From positions 13,580,001 to 13,644,000 of the forward strand of contig NC_045696.1 in NCBI RefSeq assembly GCF_009834535.1: a DNA stretch of 64,000 bases, given 5' to 3'. The notes under the pieces are model-generated. The model saw nothing but the letters and a program-made list of their open reading frames with translations, did no database searches and was not told where the DNA came from. Below are positions 25,164 through 37,731 of the stretch, in pieces. How positions within the stretch are numbered: position 1 is the first letter of the stretch; each line of letters opens with the position of its first letter. The translations under genes were made by a program, and so were the position numbers. The stretch comes from Camelus ferus (taxonomy: Eukaryota).

Positions 25164-27175
25164 TACTTATATCCCTACTAAATCCATTTGTCCATACATT
25201 TAACAAATACGTTTTTAGGTATCAGACCTTGTGCTAATCAAGAAATAGTGATGACTAAGGTAATGGTGAATGAGGTAAAGCCCTTACTCTCAAAGGGTTA
25301 CAATCAAATGGGTACACATGTTATAGCATTTTTCTAGGCACACATATCCTAATACATACTTAGTGTTTTGATTGGAGTGAACAATAGATCCTATGACTCA
25401 CAGTAAACATTTGTTTGCCATGCTACAACAGAAACAAAACAAAACAGCAAAAGAAAAATTCCTTATAAACCAACAAAGATAAAATCAATAACAGCTAACC
25501 TCTTCACCCACATATACACATATGCACATGTGGACATGGGTGAAACAGATCAGACTGCACTGTATTCTGACACCAGACTGTAGGTATATATTTATGAACC
25601 AGAATGTTCATATATATATATGAATACTGGACTCCAAAGCAATATTCAATAGGAATATTATTGTTTTCTCTGTTTAGCACTGTTCCAGCAAACAGTATCT
25701 TTTTGACGTTCATGAATAGTCTGTGATCTTTTCAAACTTTCAGATAAGGTGATAGCATTGAAACACTGAGTAACTTCATGAAAGAGATAAAATTGTGCAA
25801 TAAAAAAAATAACCAATTATTCCAAATTCTGTTATATTAAAACAATAAAAAGCAGAACCAGTCACCTACAGGATACGGAAGTAACCAAATTCTGCATAGA
25901 GTTTTAAGTCTATGTTTCTCGGCTGGTCTTTTATGAAAACAAGGGACATATTCATGAGACATTTAAAAAACTTGTGCTTCCACAAACCTATGGAACCTAT
26001 TTTAAAATGGCTTTTTTTCTGCTTATTTATTTATTTTCATTTAAATATGACCCACAGGTCTATCATTTGAAGTAGTCAAAAACAAAAAAAGAAAAGGACA
26101 ATAAAGAGAATAGAAAAGTATGAGAGTAGGGAAGAAAAAGTGTACAGTGAATACTGGAAAAAGTCTTTCTCCTTCTTTTTTCATCCTCCTCCTCTTCCTC
26201 CTTCTCTTCTATTCCAAACATACCTTAATAAACAAACTAATGTTTATATGAAAAAATACAATTTGTCTCTCACATTTAAATATTGAAAGCAACATAGTTT
26301 GCGAGTTTGATTGATACAGAATATTTTAAACAGTAATCAATAGCCAAGCAGTTTCATAGAGCATTATAAAAATCGAACATAAGATGCAACAAGTTTTATA
26401 AGGACTGTATTTATTACACAACAAATCATGGGAAGGAGAAAATGCTTTCCTCTTCTTTACAGCAGCTACATGCAATTGGATTACAGCTAGAAGGTCAACG
26501 TGCCCTCCCAGTGGACGCAAATCAGTTCTGATATGAAGAGCTGGAAACAGACAAGATTAAACTCTGATTACTTCTTTGAGGATGAGATGTTTTTAAATCA
26601 GAGTTGGCAAATCCTGCCACAAGTGCATCTGTCAGGGATCAGACTCCATTGATATTAGCAGTTCATTCTAAAATCCAAAACGCACTTCATTAAGTATTTT
26701 TCTTTAAAGCAATCAGGGAGACTTCCATTCACAGTGAGTGCATATGGATTTGAAGAGGGCTTTAATGAACAATTTTTTTAAGTTCCTTGAAGTCTAGCAA
26801 TTTCTCGAAATAAAATCATTTAAAATTAATTTAAAGTGAAATTTACTAAAGGCAAATGTTCACACAAATCAATTAGTTCAGCCTTGATCCAAAAAGCCAA
26901 ATCCACGATTTCTAAATGGAGTTTAAACTTTGAAAATGAGTTCTCCTTTCCTTCTGTAGAATGAATAATTTGGGACAGAAATATAAAAATAGGATGATGT
27001 AATTAGAATTAAAATTCCAACTAGTAACATTCATGGGGTGTTCCTATTTGCTAAATTCTTCTGGTGTGTGACTTAGAATTGCTCATCCAAAGTGAGACTG
27101 ATATGCACAGATTATCAAAACCTTGAAGCAAAAATAGTCACCTAAAGAAGTAAAGGCTAAAAACAAATGGAGACA

Positions 27176-27285
27176 CCCATTACTCTGGTTTAGAGTACTC
27201 CAAAGTGGAGGATGCCCATTTCTGCTCCAGAAGCTCTGCTAGTGAAGGGAATCTCCTTGTGAAAAATCTTCCAACTTATAGAAAA
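27176..27285 (+). repeat. Left arm of 110 bp inverted repeat
   Basis: Ungapped manual alignment to the reverse complement of 28544-28653 gives 89/110 identity. Confidence 0.95.
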
Positions 27286-27544
27286 AGAAGAGGATGTGGT
27301 GGAGGTCTGACCAGGAAGCATTTACAAAGAACTGCAGTTTCTCTGCAGTTTGAATTGTTAGAATCTATAGAAAGACTTAGGGATTTAGCTTATTTACAAT
27401 GGGGAGAAGACACTGGAAAAATGGGTAATAAGAAACATGGAGAAAAATCGTCATAAAAAGTTGCAGAGAAAAAAAAAAGAACAGTTGCAGAAGTGCTAAG
27501 CACAACTAGATAGATGTAGTTTAATATAATAACAGGGCTTTTTT

Positions 27545-27730
27545 TTTTTTAAACACTTGCTGTATGCCAGACACTCTTCTAAGGCACTTACACATGTTGA
27601 TGTACTCACTGATAGCAACCCTGCAAAGGAGGAACAGAGGGTCAAGAAAGAAGAGATACTTGCCCAAGTCCATTTGCTGAAATCTAGCTCAGGACTGCGC
27701 TCTCAGCCATCAACCACTACTGCATTTTGT
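27545..27730 (-). mobile_element. MIR SINE
   Basis: CACTTGCTGTATGCCAGACACTCTTCTAAGGCACTTACA...AGGAACAGAGG...ACTTGCCCAAGTC. Confidence 0.75.
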
Positions 27731-27849
27731 GGACACAGTCCTCTGCAAAGCTGGCTTGTCAAATGCAGAAATAAGTTTAAGAGACTAGGCATCCGTGAAT
27801 TATTTCATCCAGTATCACCAAGCCATCCTGTGCTTAGGACGATGTTGTC

Positions 27850-28278
27850 TTTTTTTTTAATTGAAGTCTAGTCAGTTTATACTGTTGTGTCAATTTCTGG
27901 TGTACAGCGTAGTGTTTCAGTCATACATACACATACACATATTCATTTTCATATTCTTTTTCATTATGGGTTACTACAGATATTGAATTGGTTCCCTGTG
28001 CTATACAGTATAAACTTGTTGTTTATCTGTTTTACATGTAGTAGTTAGTATCTGCCAATCTCAATCTCCCAATTTATCCCTTCCCAATCCCTTTCCCCCT
28101 GGTAACCATAGTTTGTTTTCTGTGTCTGTAAATCTGTTTCTGTTTTGTAAATAGTTTCATTTGTGTCTTTTTTTTTTAAGGTTCCACATGCGAGTGATAT
28201 CATATGACATTTTTCTTTCTCTTTCTGGCTTACTTCACTTAGAATGAGGATATCTATGTCCATTCATGTTGCTGCAAA
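27850..28278 (-). mobile_element. L1 3' UTR fragment with poly(A)
   Basis: T-run, then AATTGAAGTCTAGTCAGTTTA... through CTGGCTTACTTCACTTAGAATG; same family as 29281-30100. Confidence 0.92.
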
Positions 28279-28543
28279 GAAGCACAGTATTTTTAATTTT
28301 GATGAAATCTTTTTTTAATTAAGATATAGCTTATTTATAATGTTATATTACTTTAAAGTGTACAACATAGTGATTCAAAATCTGTTAGAACTTTTTGTGA
28401 CTTGTATTCAGTATATGTACTCAAACTTTACATCCAGCTAGTAGAAGACGGGTTTTATGCCTTCTAGCTTTCTTCTTCATCAGTAAAAGCATATCTTCTC
28501 TGACCCCTCGTTTGCCATGTTTCCACTTGGCTGGAATCCTGTA

Positions 28544-28653
28544 TTTTCCATAAGTTGGCAGATTTTTCACCAGAAGAGTCTTTTCTCCCGCAGAGCTCCT
28601 GGAGTTGAAATGCGAGTCCTCCACTTCAGGATGCTCTAAACCAGAGTAATGGG
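28544..28653 (-). repeat. Right arm of 110 bp inverted repeat
   Basis: Reverse complement CCCATTACTCTGGTTTAGAGCATCCTGAAGTGGAGGAC...CCAACTTATGGAAAA matches 27176-27285. Confidence 0.95.
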
Positions 28654-29171
28654 GCCCCCTGGAAATGAGTTTTCTTTCCCATCACAATTATCAAAAGAAG
28701 AAGCAAGGTGTTCAGGGCCACCTAGAAAGAAGCTGACCCCTGACCATGTGTTGCAGAGAATCCCTTAATCTTTGTTGTGATATCTGTGGACCAAAATGCT
28801 CCTTTGCAGATCTCTGCCTGTGGCCCACAATGTAGCTGTCATGAAATATCAGGAGTCACTAGGCTTCTCTATGGATTTAATTATAATTTTAGTTCTTAAT
28901 ATTCAAAAGAAAAGCATAGAAAAGTGTGGGGGTGACAATTCAGCAGACCCCAAATGTTGAGATATGAGCACTGAGAATTTCTTTCTTTTTCTTGACTTAA
29001 CTGTCAAATAAGACCTGTTTCCCCTTTAGCAGGACAGTGGACATAAAAAGAAACCAGTGTTAACTCTCCACCTATGCTGAAGTCCTTATTGTGAACTCAG
29101 TTTACTTTGGAAAAAAATAACTTGCTCAAAAATGTCATTACAATTAAGTAATAAGAAATATTTGAGAGTAT

Positions 29172-29280
29172 AGGTGTGTGGGAGTATAGCTCAGTGGTAA
29201 AGTGTATGTTTAGCATGCATGAGGTCCTGGATTCAATCTCTGGTACCTCCATTAAAAAAATAAAATTAAAAAGAAAAAAC
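29172..29280 (+). mobile_element. tRNA(Ala)-derived camelid SINE (vic-1-like)
   Basis: GTATAGCTCAGTGGTA (A box)...TTAGCATGCATGAGGTCCTGGATTCAATCTCTGGTACCTCCA (B box) plus A-rich tail. Confidence 0.9.
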
Positions 29281-30100
29281 ATAAATGCTGGAGAGGGTGT
29301 GGAGAACAGGGAACTCTCTTACTCTGTTGGTGGGAACATAGTTTGGTGCAGCCATTATGGAAAACAGTGTGGAGATTCCTTAAAAAATGAAAAATAGACT
29401 TACTATACAATCCAGCAATCCCACTCCTGGGCATATATCCAGAGGGAACTCTAATTCGACAAGATACATGCACCCAAATGTTCATAGCAGCACTACTTAC
29501 TTGGTTGTACCAAGACATGAAAACAGCCTAAATGTCCATCAACAGATCAACAGATGATTGGATAAAGAAGTTGTGGTACATTTATACAATGGAATAATAC
29601 TCAGCCACTAAGAAGAATAAAATAATGCCATTTGTAGCAACATGGGTAGATCTGGAGATTGTTGTTCTAAGTGAAGTTAAGCCAGAAAGAGAAAGAAAAA
29701 TGTCATATGATATCACACACATGTGGAATCTTAAAATAAAAAAAAAAAGGAGACACAAATAAATCTATTTACAAAACAGAAAAAGACTTACAGACATAGA
29801 AAATAAACTTATGGTTACCAGGGGGAAAGGGATTGGGAAGGGATAAGTTGGGAGTCCGAGACTTGCAGATACTAACTACTATATGTAAAATAGATAAACA
29901 ACAAGTTTATACTGTATAGCACAGGGAACTATATTCAATATCTTGTAGTAACCTGTAATGAAAAAGAATATGAAAATGCATATATGTATGTGTATGTATG
30001 ACTGAAACATACTGTACACCAGAACTTGACACATTATAAACTGACTAGACTTCAATTTTAAAAAATCAACAACAACAACAAAGAAAAAAAGTTTAAAAAA
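29281..30100 (+). mobile_element. L1 3' end (ORF2 C-terminus + 3' UTR + A-rich tail)
   Basis: ATAAATGCTGGAGAGGGTGTGGAGAA...CCAGCAATCCCACTCCTGGGCATATATCC...ACTGACTAGACTTCAAT plus tail. Confidence 0.94.
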
Positions 30101-32314
30101 AAGAAATATTTAAGGGCTTAAAGGCCATTATTAAAAACCAAATAGATCAACTTAACTGAAAACTTATCTATGCAATTAAAAGATAAAATATGAAAAAATT
30201 AAGCATTCAAAGTATAATTTTTTATGTTTAAACTGATGTTTGAAAGCATCAAGTTTCTAAATTTTTTCTAAATTATTATTACATTTTTTTTCTAAATGTA
30301 TTGAGCTATGATGGAAAATATGGACCCAGAAATTTAAAATGACTTGATGGTTTTCTGAGAACTGACTTCAGAAAGGAGAGAAGCACAACTTGAAAGCAAA
30401 CAGCTTCAAGCTCGTCGATTCCTTAACACATCAAAGTTAGAGTCTTCCTTTTATGCAGGACTTTAACCTAAGATCTTTTCCAAGAATCTGTGGTCAGCAG
30501 GGGTGGGGGAGATTTGTAACACTCCAGGTTTGTGTGACTTTATGACACTCAGATAAGGGAAACCTTGAAGCATTTTCAAGGGGGATGGCAGGAAAGAAAA
30601 ATATTAGTCTGCTGAAATTGTTAACTATTTCTCTAACCAGCAGCAGACGTGATGTACAGCTGTGTCTGCTGTGAGGACTGCTTTGTTCTCTGCATCACCT
30701 AGTCTCCCTCTTAGGTACTGGTACTTTCAGAATGAAAACACACCCTGCTACTTTCCAGGTGCAGGAAAACAAGCACCCCAGGACTCTGCCTGCCACAGAC
30801 ACCTTCCTGATTGCTCATTCACCCCTCCTTCACAGATGAAGTCAAAATTTTCGGGAAAACATCTAACACATATGGATGGACTGTATGTTATTTATGCTAA
30901 TCAGGCAAACAAAGCAATGTGTGCCAGGGGCCATTGAATTAAGCTGTGTGCATTCTTAACTTCCATTTCGCAAAGGCTTTTTGCTCACATTGCTTTTATT
31001 TTCTTTCCAAATATGAGAGGTCTAATTCTCAAGGGCCTGGCTCAGTATATGTACTGTATTTGCCTTGCTCCAAATGGATGCAGACTTTCTTCCATTGATA
31101 GCAAATTCATCTATTAAGACTGATACGCAGAACGCTCATGGTCGGTAAAGATGTGTTGCTTCTTAACATCCTAAGTGAAGGACCATAAATTAACAGTCTG
31201 CTTTTCTGTTATAAATGATCTGTATTGAGGGCTACAGAGTCCTAATACTTCATATATTTTCCCTATAATATAATAATATAAATGAAGAGAACACGTATGC
31301 CTTAATCTAAACAGGTATAGCTGTTTATTGACGAGGTACCCAGGAGCGCGATTCTCACAGTTTGTTTTAAAGAAAAAGAATGTCAATAATTATTAATTTT
31401 GCCAGAACTTCCTTTCCTATTGCTAAGATCTGACTTAGAGAGCAGGAGATGGAGGGTGGGGTGGGGATGCTGTATTTGGATAGTTTGCAAGTATGGAGAC
31501 AGTGCTGGGTTTTGGTAATTCAGGAAAAACTGATTGTCAACTTGCATGAAGAGCCACAGAGAAGACCAAGAGGTACCTTGACGTTGTTTCAGAAGAGTGT
31601 GGGTTTTGGTCAAAGATTGTGAGAGTTGCAGATAATTCTCCTCTCCCCTCATTAGAACAGCGATGAGAGAAATTTCATCAGGAAAGATAAGATCAAGCAG
31701 CTTGCTCCAGTCGTGCCATCCCTTGTCCTTAGAGAAAATCTTTTAGCTTCTTTGACCCCAGGCGTTTTGCAGTTTTCTGCACAGAACCACCGAAGGAAAA
31801 GCTTTCCTTGGCTTTTTAGTTCCTTACTATTTCTAAGATCAGTAAGTTAATTAAAAATACTCAAAATTACATAGACCTCATGTATCTTTTTAGAAAGATA
31901 CAAATAATTGGAAGCAAAGAATAGTTACCAGTAGTTGGTTCCTTTAATTGCTCATAAAATACGATTTATGAAATTTTCTCATCAATTGATCTTGGGGTGA
32001 AATTAAACCTGGAAACTTGATACCTAAGTGGAGAACACATAATATTTATCCAATTCTTGCTAAAAGCATCTTTACAGTTGATCAAAGATTTTTGTTTGTT
32101 CCAGGTATCTGACTAAACACACAAAAAAATCTATTTTCCATGGATGAAAGAAAATTTGGATTTACCAAAAATACAAGCAATAGAACTTCTTTCTAATATA
32201 TTTTATTATTTCCAGGATTTAGATACATCAAATAATAATAATAAAATATTAATATTAATGGTTATTTAAGAATCATAGATGTATCAATAATAATAATAAA
32301 TTATTGTCATCATT

Positions 32315-32550
32315 AAAATGTAGTACTTAACTATGTTCCAAGCACTATTTCAGATGTTTTGTATATACTTTATTAATTTAGTTAATCTTCACAATAACTC
32401 AGTGAGGTTGATATCATAATCTCCACTTTACAGATAAGGAAACTGAAACATAGATACATAAAGTAATATGCCCAAGATCACACAGTTATTAAATATTAGA
32501 GCCTGAGTTTGAACCCAGACAGTCTAATTCCTGAGTCTAAGTTCTTGATC
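32315..32550 (-). mobile_element. MIR SINE
   Basis: TACTTAACTATGTTCCAAGCAC...TTACAGATAAGGAAACTGAAAC...GCCCAAGATCACACAG...TTTGAACCCAGACAGTCT. Confidence 0.85.
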
Positions 32551-32574
32551 ATGACATTGTTACTGCATCCTTCT

Positions 32575-32618
32575 GGGTTTGTTTTGCTTTGTTTTGTTTT
32601 GTTTGGTTTGGTTTGGTT
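32575..32618. repeat. (TTTTG/TTTGG)n pentanucleotide repeat
   Basis: Seen directly. Confidence 0.85.
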
Positions 32619-32714
32619 ACTTACCAATGCATATCCTGATAAACTCTAGCCTGGATTTTAAAAGATTTCGTCTATAGTCAACCTCTTTTAGTATCATAAT
32701 CCATTGTTGGGTTC

Positions 32715-33530
32715 ACTGAAATACAAATCAAAACCACAGTGACATATCACCTCATACCTGTTAGGATGGCTATTATAAAAAAGACTATAAATAACAAATG
32801 CTGGTGAGGATGTGGAGAAAAGGGAACACTTGTGCACTGTTGGTAGGAATGTAAATTAGTGCAGCCACTTTGGAAAACATTATGAAGCTTTCTCAAAAAG
32901 TTTTAAACAGAGCTAACATATAATCCAGCAATTCCACTTAGGGGTATTTATCCAAACAAAGTAAAAACACTAACTTGAAAAGATATATGCATCCCCATGT
33001 TTATTGCAGCGTTATTTACAATAGCCACAATATGAATGAGATCTTGACATTTACAACAATATGGGTGGACATTGAGGGATTATGCTAAGTGAAATTAGTC
33101 AGACAGAAAAAGACAAATATGTATGATCTCTCTTATATGTGAAATGATATGTATATACTGTCATCCCTTAATACCCATGAGGGATTTGTTTCAGAAGCCC
33201 TGGGTATACCAAAATCCATGGATGTTCAAGTTCCATAGTAGGTGCTCTGCATCCATGAGTTCTAGTTCTGCATCCATGCATTCAACCAACCTGGGATGAA
33301 ACTTTCAATCCACAGTTGATTGAATCTGATGCAAGATCTGCAACTATGGAGAGCTGACTGCATATTTATTGAAAAAAAATCTGTGTATAAGAGGGCCAGG
33401 GCAACAAACATGTTGCTCATGGGCCCACTGCTTATGAACAAAAAAACTGATAAATAAAACCAAAGTCACGGATATAGGGAACTGATTGGTGGTTGCCAGA
33501 GCTGGGGGGGATGGGAGAAAGAGGTAAGCT
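32715..33530 (+). mobile_element. Older L1 3' end interrupted by a Tigger/MER2-type MITE
   Basis: AAATCAAAACCACA...AACAAATGCTGGTGAGGATGTGGAGAAAAGGGAAC...; 3' UTR resumes at ~33440 (GATTGGTGGTTGCCAGAG). Confidence 0.85.
33158..33431. mobile_element. MER2/Tigger3-type TcMar MITE
   Basis: GTCATCCCTT...GGGATTTGTTTCAG...ATACCAAAATCCATGGATG...GCTGACTG...TGTGTATAAG; inserted in a TA-rich site. Confidence 0.75.
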
Positions 33531-33843
33531 ATTTTTGTTTTTTAATTTAAATGAATTTATAATAAAAAGAAGTATCCACTTCCTTTTAGCTGATGTATGC
33601 GGTTGATTGAAGCAGTCACCAGGCAGCCCAGATTTAGGGGAGAGGACATAGAGTCCCTCTTGATGGAATAAGTGTAAATGAATCAAGATACTCTAAGGCT
33701 GTTTGTGGAATGCAGAAGGAAGGAGGTAACGAACTCTCTAAGTATATGCAAAATTCTGTCTATGTGAACACTTTCCTGAAGGAAATATGCATGGCTTTCA
33801 TTAGTTTCTCAAAGTAAGTTGTGACTTAAAATAATAGGAAATT

Positions 33844-33856
33844 AATAATAATAATA

Positions 33857-33897
<41 letters not shown>
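33844..33897. repeat. (AAT)5 AGT (AAT)12 microsatellite
   Basis: Seen directly. Confidence 0.97.
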
Positions 33898-33898
<1 letters not shown>

Positions 33899-33899
33899 T

Positions 33900-34410
33900 C
33901 TCCCTTACAATGTCAAAATTCCTTATTATTCTTTCCATCAAAAGGCAAGGTCTGTTCCCTTCCCTGGAATCTGGACTAACTTGTGACTGCTTCATCCAAA
34001 AGAGTATGGCGGAAATGATACTGCATTACTTTTGAGGCTGTTGTAAATGAGGATACACTTCTGCCTTGTTCCTTGGAACACTCAGGCTTGGAGCCTGAGC
34101 TGCCTTGTAGGCAACCCTGTGACTGCTGTTCTGGGAGGATGCCAAGCCACTTGGAGGGGCTACTTGAAGGGGCTACAGTCAAGAGACCTAGTCATGGACT
34201 CATCCCATCACAGGCACCTGACATATGAAGAAGCCTTCAAATGGTTCCAGCCCACAGCCATCAAGTTACCCCCTAGCCTTCAATTCTTCTTGACTAATGG
34301 TCTCAGACATCACACATCCTCAGACATTAATTTCTGAATTCCTGACCCAAATAATCCACAAGCATAATAAAATTAATAGTTTTTTAAAAATTATATCATG
34401 TGGGACTATG
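33900..34410 (+). mobile_element. MaLR MLT1-type LTR
   Basis: TCCCTTCCCTGGAATCTGG...TGTGACTGCTT...GAGTATGGCGGAAATGA...GAAGCCTTC...GAATTCCTGACCCA. Confidence 0.75.
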
Positions 34411-35301
34411 TTATTAGTAGAAATAAAATATGTGAACAAAATCACAAAGAATGGGAGGATGAAATTATACAGTTAAGGTTTTAATATTATATGTGAAGTG
34501 CTACAGTATTAATTTAAGGTAGACTAGTGTTAGCAGGTGGAGGACTTCCCCTTAGAATGATGATCCCACAAAAGTTGGGTTCTAGCCTGCCAGCTGGAAA
34601 AAAAAAAATCACAGCTGCGGCAGAGGGACAAAGCAAAGCTGCTTTGTTTACTCAAGGGGAAAGAAAAAAGGGCAATTGAGTAGGGGAGCCATAAACTCAG
34701 GTGGCTTGATGTAAGAACTCCCCTTCGGGTCTTGGCTGGGTCTTTTTATCTGTCTCTGGAGGCTACTTGTCTTCTCTTTGAGTCTTTTTGCACTCATTCC
34801 TCCAGTCATTCTTCTCTGTGGTGGAGTGAGCACTTTGCAGAAACAAGATTAAGCAGGCAGGATCCTCAAACAATGTGTTCCTACAAGATTAAGTGCGCGA
34901 AACCCTCAAGCAATATGGTCAAACAAGGTTAAGCAGGAGTGACTTTCTGTTCCCTTAGGATAACTTTTTCCATTACTTGAGCAAACTATCTCCTCAGGCA
35001 TAAGGTTAAATTCAAACTTTTAAAGGATTCTCTAGGCAAGGAATCTGAGTTTTGATTCCCTAATTCCTTGCCTCCTTCACTAGGATAGAGTGAAGATGTG
35101 TAGTGAAATCCCGAAAACAATAATTTTCTTAAAAATATTTATGAACAAAAGCTCAGGGAATGAAGAATTAATGGGATAAATGGAAAAATAGCAAGTTGGT
35201 AGACTTCAACCAACCATATCAATACACATTAAATGCAAATGGACTGAACACCCAATTAAAGGGCAGAGATCAATGAACAGGATAAAAATACACAAGACCC
35301 A
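34410..35301 (+). mobile_element. Ancient L1 inter-ORF/ORF2-start region split by the LTR at 34528-35079
   Basis: AAGGTAGACT...GATAGAGTGAAGATG continuity across the LTR; CATTAAATGCAAATGGACTGAACACCCAATTAAAGGGCAGAGAT resembles the ORF2 N-terminus. Confidence 0.65.
34528..35079 (-). mobile_element. Solo ERV LTR (class I-like), 552 bp
   Basis: TG...CA termini (minus strand reads TGAAGGAGGC...GCTAACA); 4 bp TSD CTAG at 34524-34527 and 35080-35083. Confidence 0.8.
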
Positions 35302-35803
35302 TGTGCTGGGCCAACAAACGTCCTTCAGAGTCCAAAGACCCCCACTCCTGGGATCTCAGATGTCTGACATTTTTTGCTGGGCATGTTTTCCCTAGCAAAC
35401 TGATAGCCCCAGGTAATGCCTTACTTTATCAGAGTCATGACCCCACCACCCTTCACAAACCTTAAACCTCTTACCTCACCTACAACCAATCAGAGACTTG
35501 CGCAAAAACCAGTCAGGCACCTTGTGACCCTACCTTAAAAATGACCCCAACAATGGGCCCTTGGTGCTCATGCAGGCGCCTCTCATCTGTGTGGCCCACT
35601 GTTACCTATAGCAGCTTAACTGTTAAACTTTTCCCTTGTCCTTCGCCCCTGGCGTTCACACAGGCACCTCTCGCCTTTGTGGCCCGCTGTTGTCAGCGTA
35701 CGCTAATAAACTCCTTTCTATTCTTATACTTAATCTCTGGAAAATTCTTTTACCAACCCACGTGTCACTGGCTCACCAGTCGGCCACCCAGTCGTGTTCC
35801 ACA
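35302..35803 (+). mobile_element. Solo ERV LTR
   Basis: TGTG...CACA termini; CCAATCAG at ~35487, TTAAAA at ~35535, AATAAA at 35705, CpG-containing R/U5; TSD not clear. Confidence 0.7.
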
Positions 35804-37731
35804 ATACCAAGTTTGAATTCTAGTCTGTGTTCTGGAATAAGCAGTTTAGTGATATTTTTTGACTCTCAATTTCTTTATCTGTAATAAGAGAGAAAGCTAA
35901 ATTGTCTCACAGCAAATGGGAAAGTGGGATATAAGAGGCAGCCAATTAATATATGGAATGAGCCAAAGTAAGTGTAGACATGCGAACATATTTATTATGT
36001 ACACAAACATTAAAGTCAAAGTCTTGGTGAGCCCCACCCCCACATTTTTTTTTTTCTTTCTTGCAAACAGGTTTTAACACCAAGACATGCAGCCAGGGAG
36101 ATTTTAATAGTGACAGATGGAAAATAACCAAAAGAGAGAAAAGATTTTCTGTAACAGCAGCAAATCTTGATTCTGGACTTTGTGGAGAAGACATCATTTT
36201 CCCAGCAAGAGCCAAAGAGGACAATAAAAATCCCCTGCTGCAGCATTCACAGGCACAGGCATATGTGGAATCAGACTCTATTCAGGGAAAGCACCGCTTC
36301 CAGCAGTGTGCATATTTGTGATGCTTGAGAAATCACAGTGTCCCCAGAAGAAGGGAAGTTGACACACTGGAATTGACCTACAACATTTAATATTTATTAT
36401 TGGAGATAACTGCTTATTTAAGTCACCGCTTGCTACTTGGATAGCCAAATTCCACAGCCAGAAGACAAAGAGCTCATCTGAAATGATCAAAAATTTTGAA
36501 GAGACTCTTTGCACAGTGACAGGTTTTTTCAGAAAGAAAATTATGCCTATAATTATTAACTTAGAAACATGCTAAAAAAAAATAGTCTTCATTTTCCAGT
36601 TACTGAATTGTTGGCAGTTTATAACAATAATTTTGGCAAACTTTTTTTTTTTTTAATGTTTGGCCTCCATAAATTCTAAACTACAAGAAAATTTCTTTTT
36701 TAACTATTCTTATAGAAAGCCATAAAATGCAAAAATTGGATCAGTGAGAAGAAATGTATTTTAATACTTCAATTATTTTTCTTCTACTTTCTTTTTTCTT
36801 TAAAGTCTTTATATTTTTAGTAACACTTACCTAAAAGATGACTTATGGAATTTTTTCTTCTTGTAAAATTTTAGATAGCAAGGTGATATTCTGCATCTAA
36901 TATATCTTCATAGGGTGTGAAATGTTTCCTAAATGTCTTTTAAGATTCATGATCTAAATGATATGAAATAAATTTAATAAATATAAAAGAAAAAAATCCT
37001 TAAAGTTTATTTTGCTTAACATTATGAATAATAGTATAATAAGCAAGTTTGTAAGACTAGAATATAAGTTTATACCTAATTTTTATTATTCTGTCTTGTA
37101 TTATTATTTAAGGCTTACATACATTTGTTAAATAATACATTATTCTTAAAACAATTCAGCTAATGTATTATTCTTTAAATTATTCAGTGAATATATTTCT
37201 CTCATTTTAATAATTATTTTATTTTTATATTTAACCATTTGAATGTTATTCATTATTATTCATTCAAACAGCTGTATTAACACAAAAAAAGTTAATTTTC
37301 CTCATGCAATAATAATCATTATACTTTATGACTAGTAGTTTTTTTTTTTTATATTTTTCAATATAAAAAACCAGTAATGAGATATTCAGTCCAGGCTACC
37401 TAGAATGCTTACTAAACTTTGTATGAGAATTGTCAAAGATTACTAATAAATCTAAATAAAATGCTTTTTTATGTTACTTATGCTTTTTTCTGATAAAGAC
37501 TCAGTAATCACGCATGCTATAGTGGATCATTAATGACACAAAGTTCAGTTCAGGCAGGCCAGAAACAGCATTGAAACAGACGTCCAAATTGTCAAACTTC
37601 TGAAGGCTGAAGCTCAAATAAAGATGAAGAGCAGATTTTGGCCAAATCTGTGGCTGAAGTCCAGCCTTGTGCATTTCTAATGCAAAATATATTGATAAAA
37701 CAAAACACTAGTGAAGGATGAACTTTGACTT

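Noticed and set aside
26498..26520. Second CTCF-like motif TGCCCTCCCAGTGG
   Set aside because: Several mismatches to the core consensus.
27250..27280. LLVKNLP resemblance to the RRM RNP2 motif in both inverted-repeat arms
   Set aside because: Only ~7 residues, no RNP1 downstream, no ATG or convincing splice sites; not enough to call a gene.
29172..29251. tRNA-Ala gene (also 56612-56698)
   Set aside because: Mismatched stems, 5' extension and A-rich tail indicate SINE copies.
33801..33995. Poly-Leu ORF resembling a signal peptide or TM helix
   Set aside because: Translation of the (AAT)n microsatellite.
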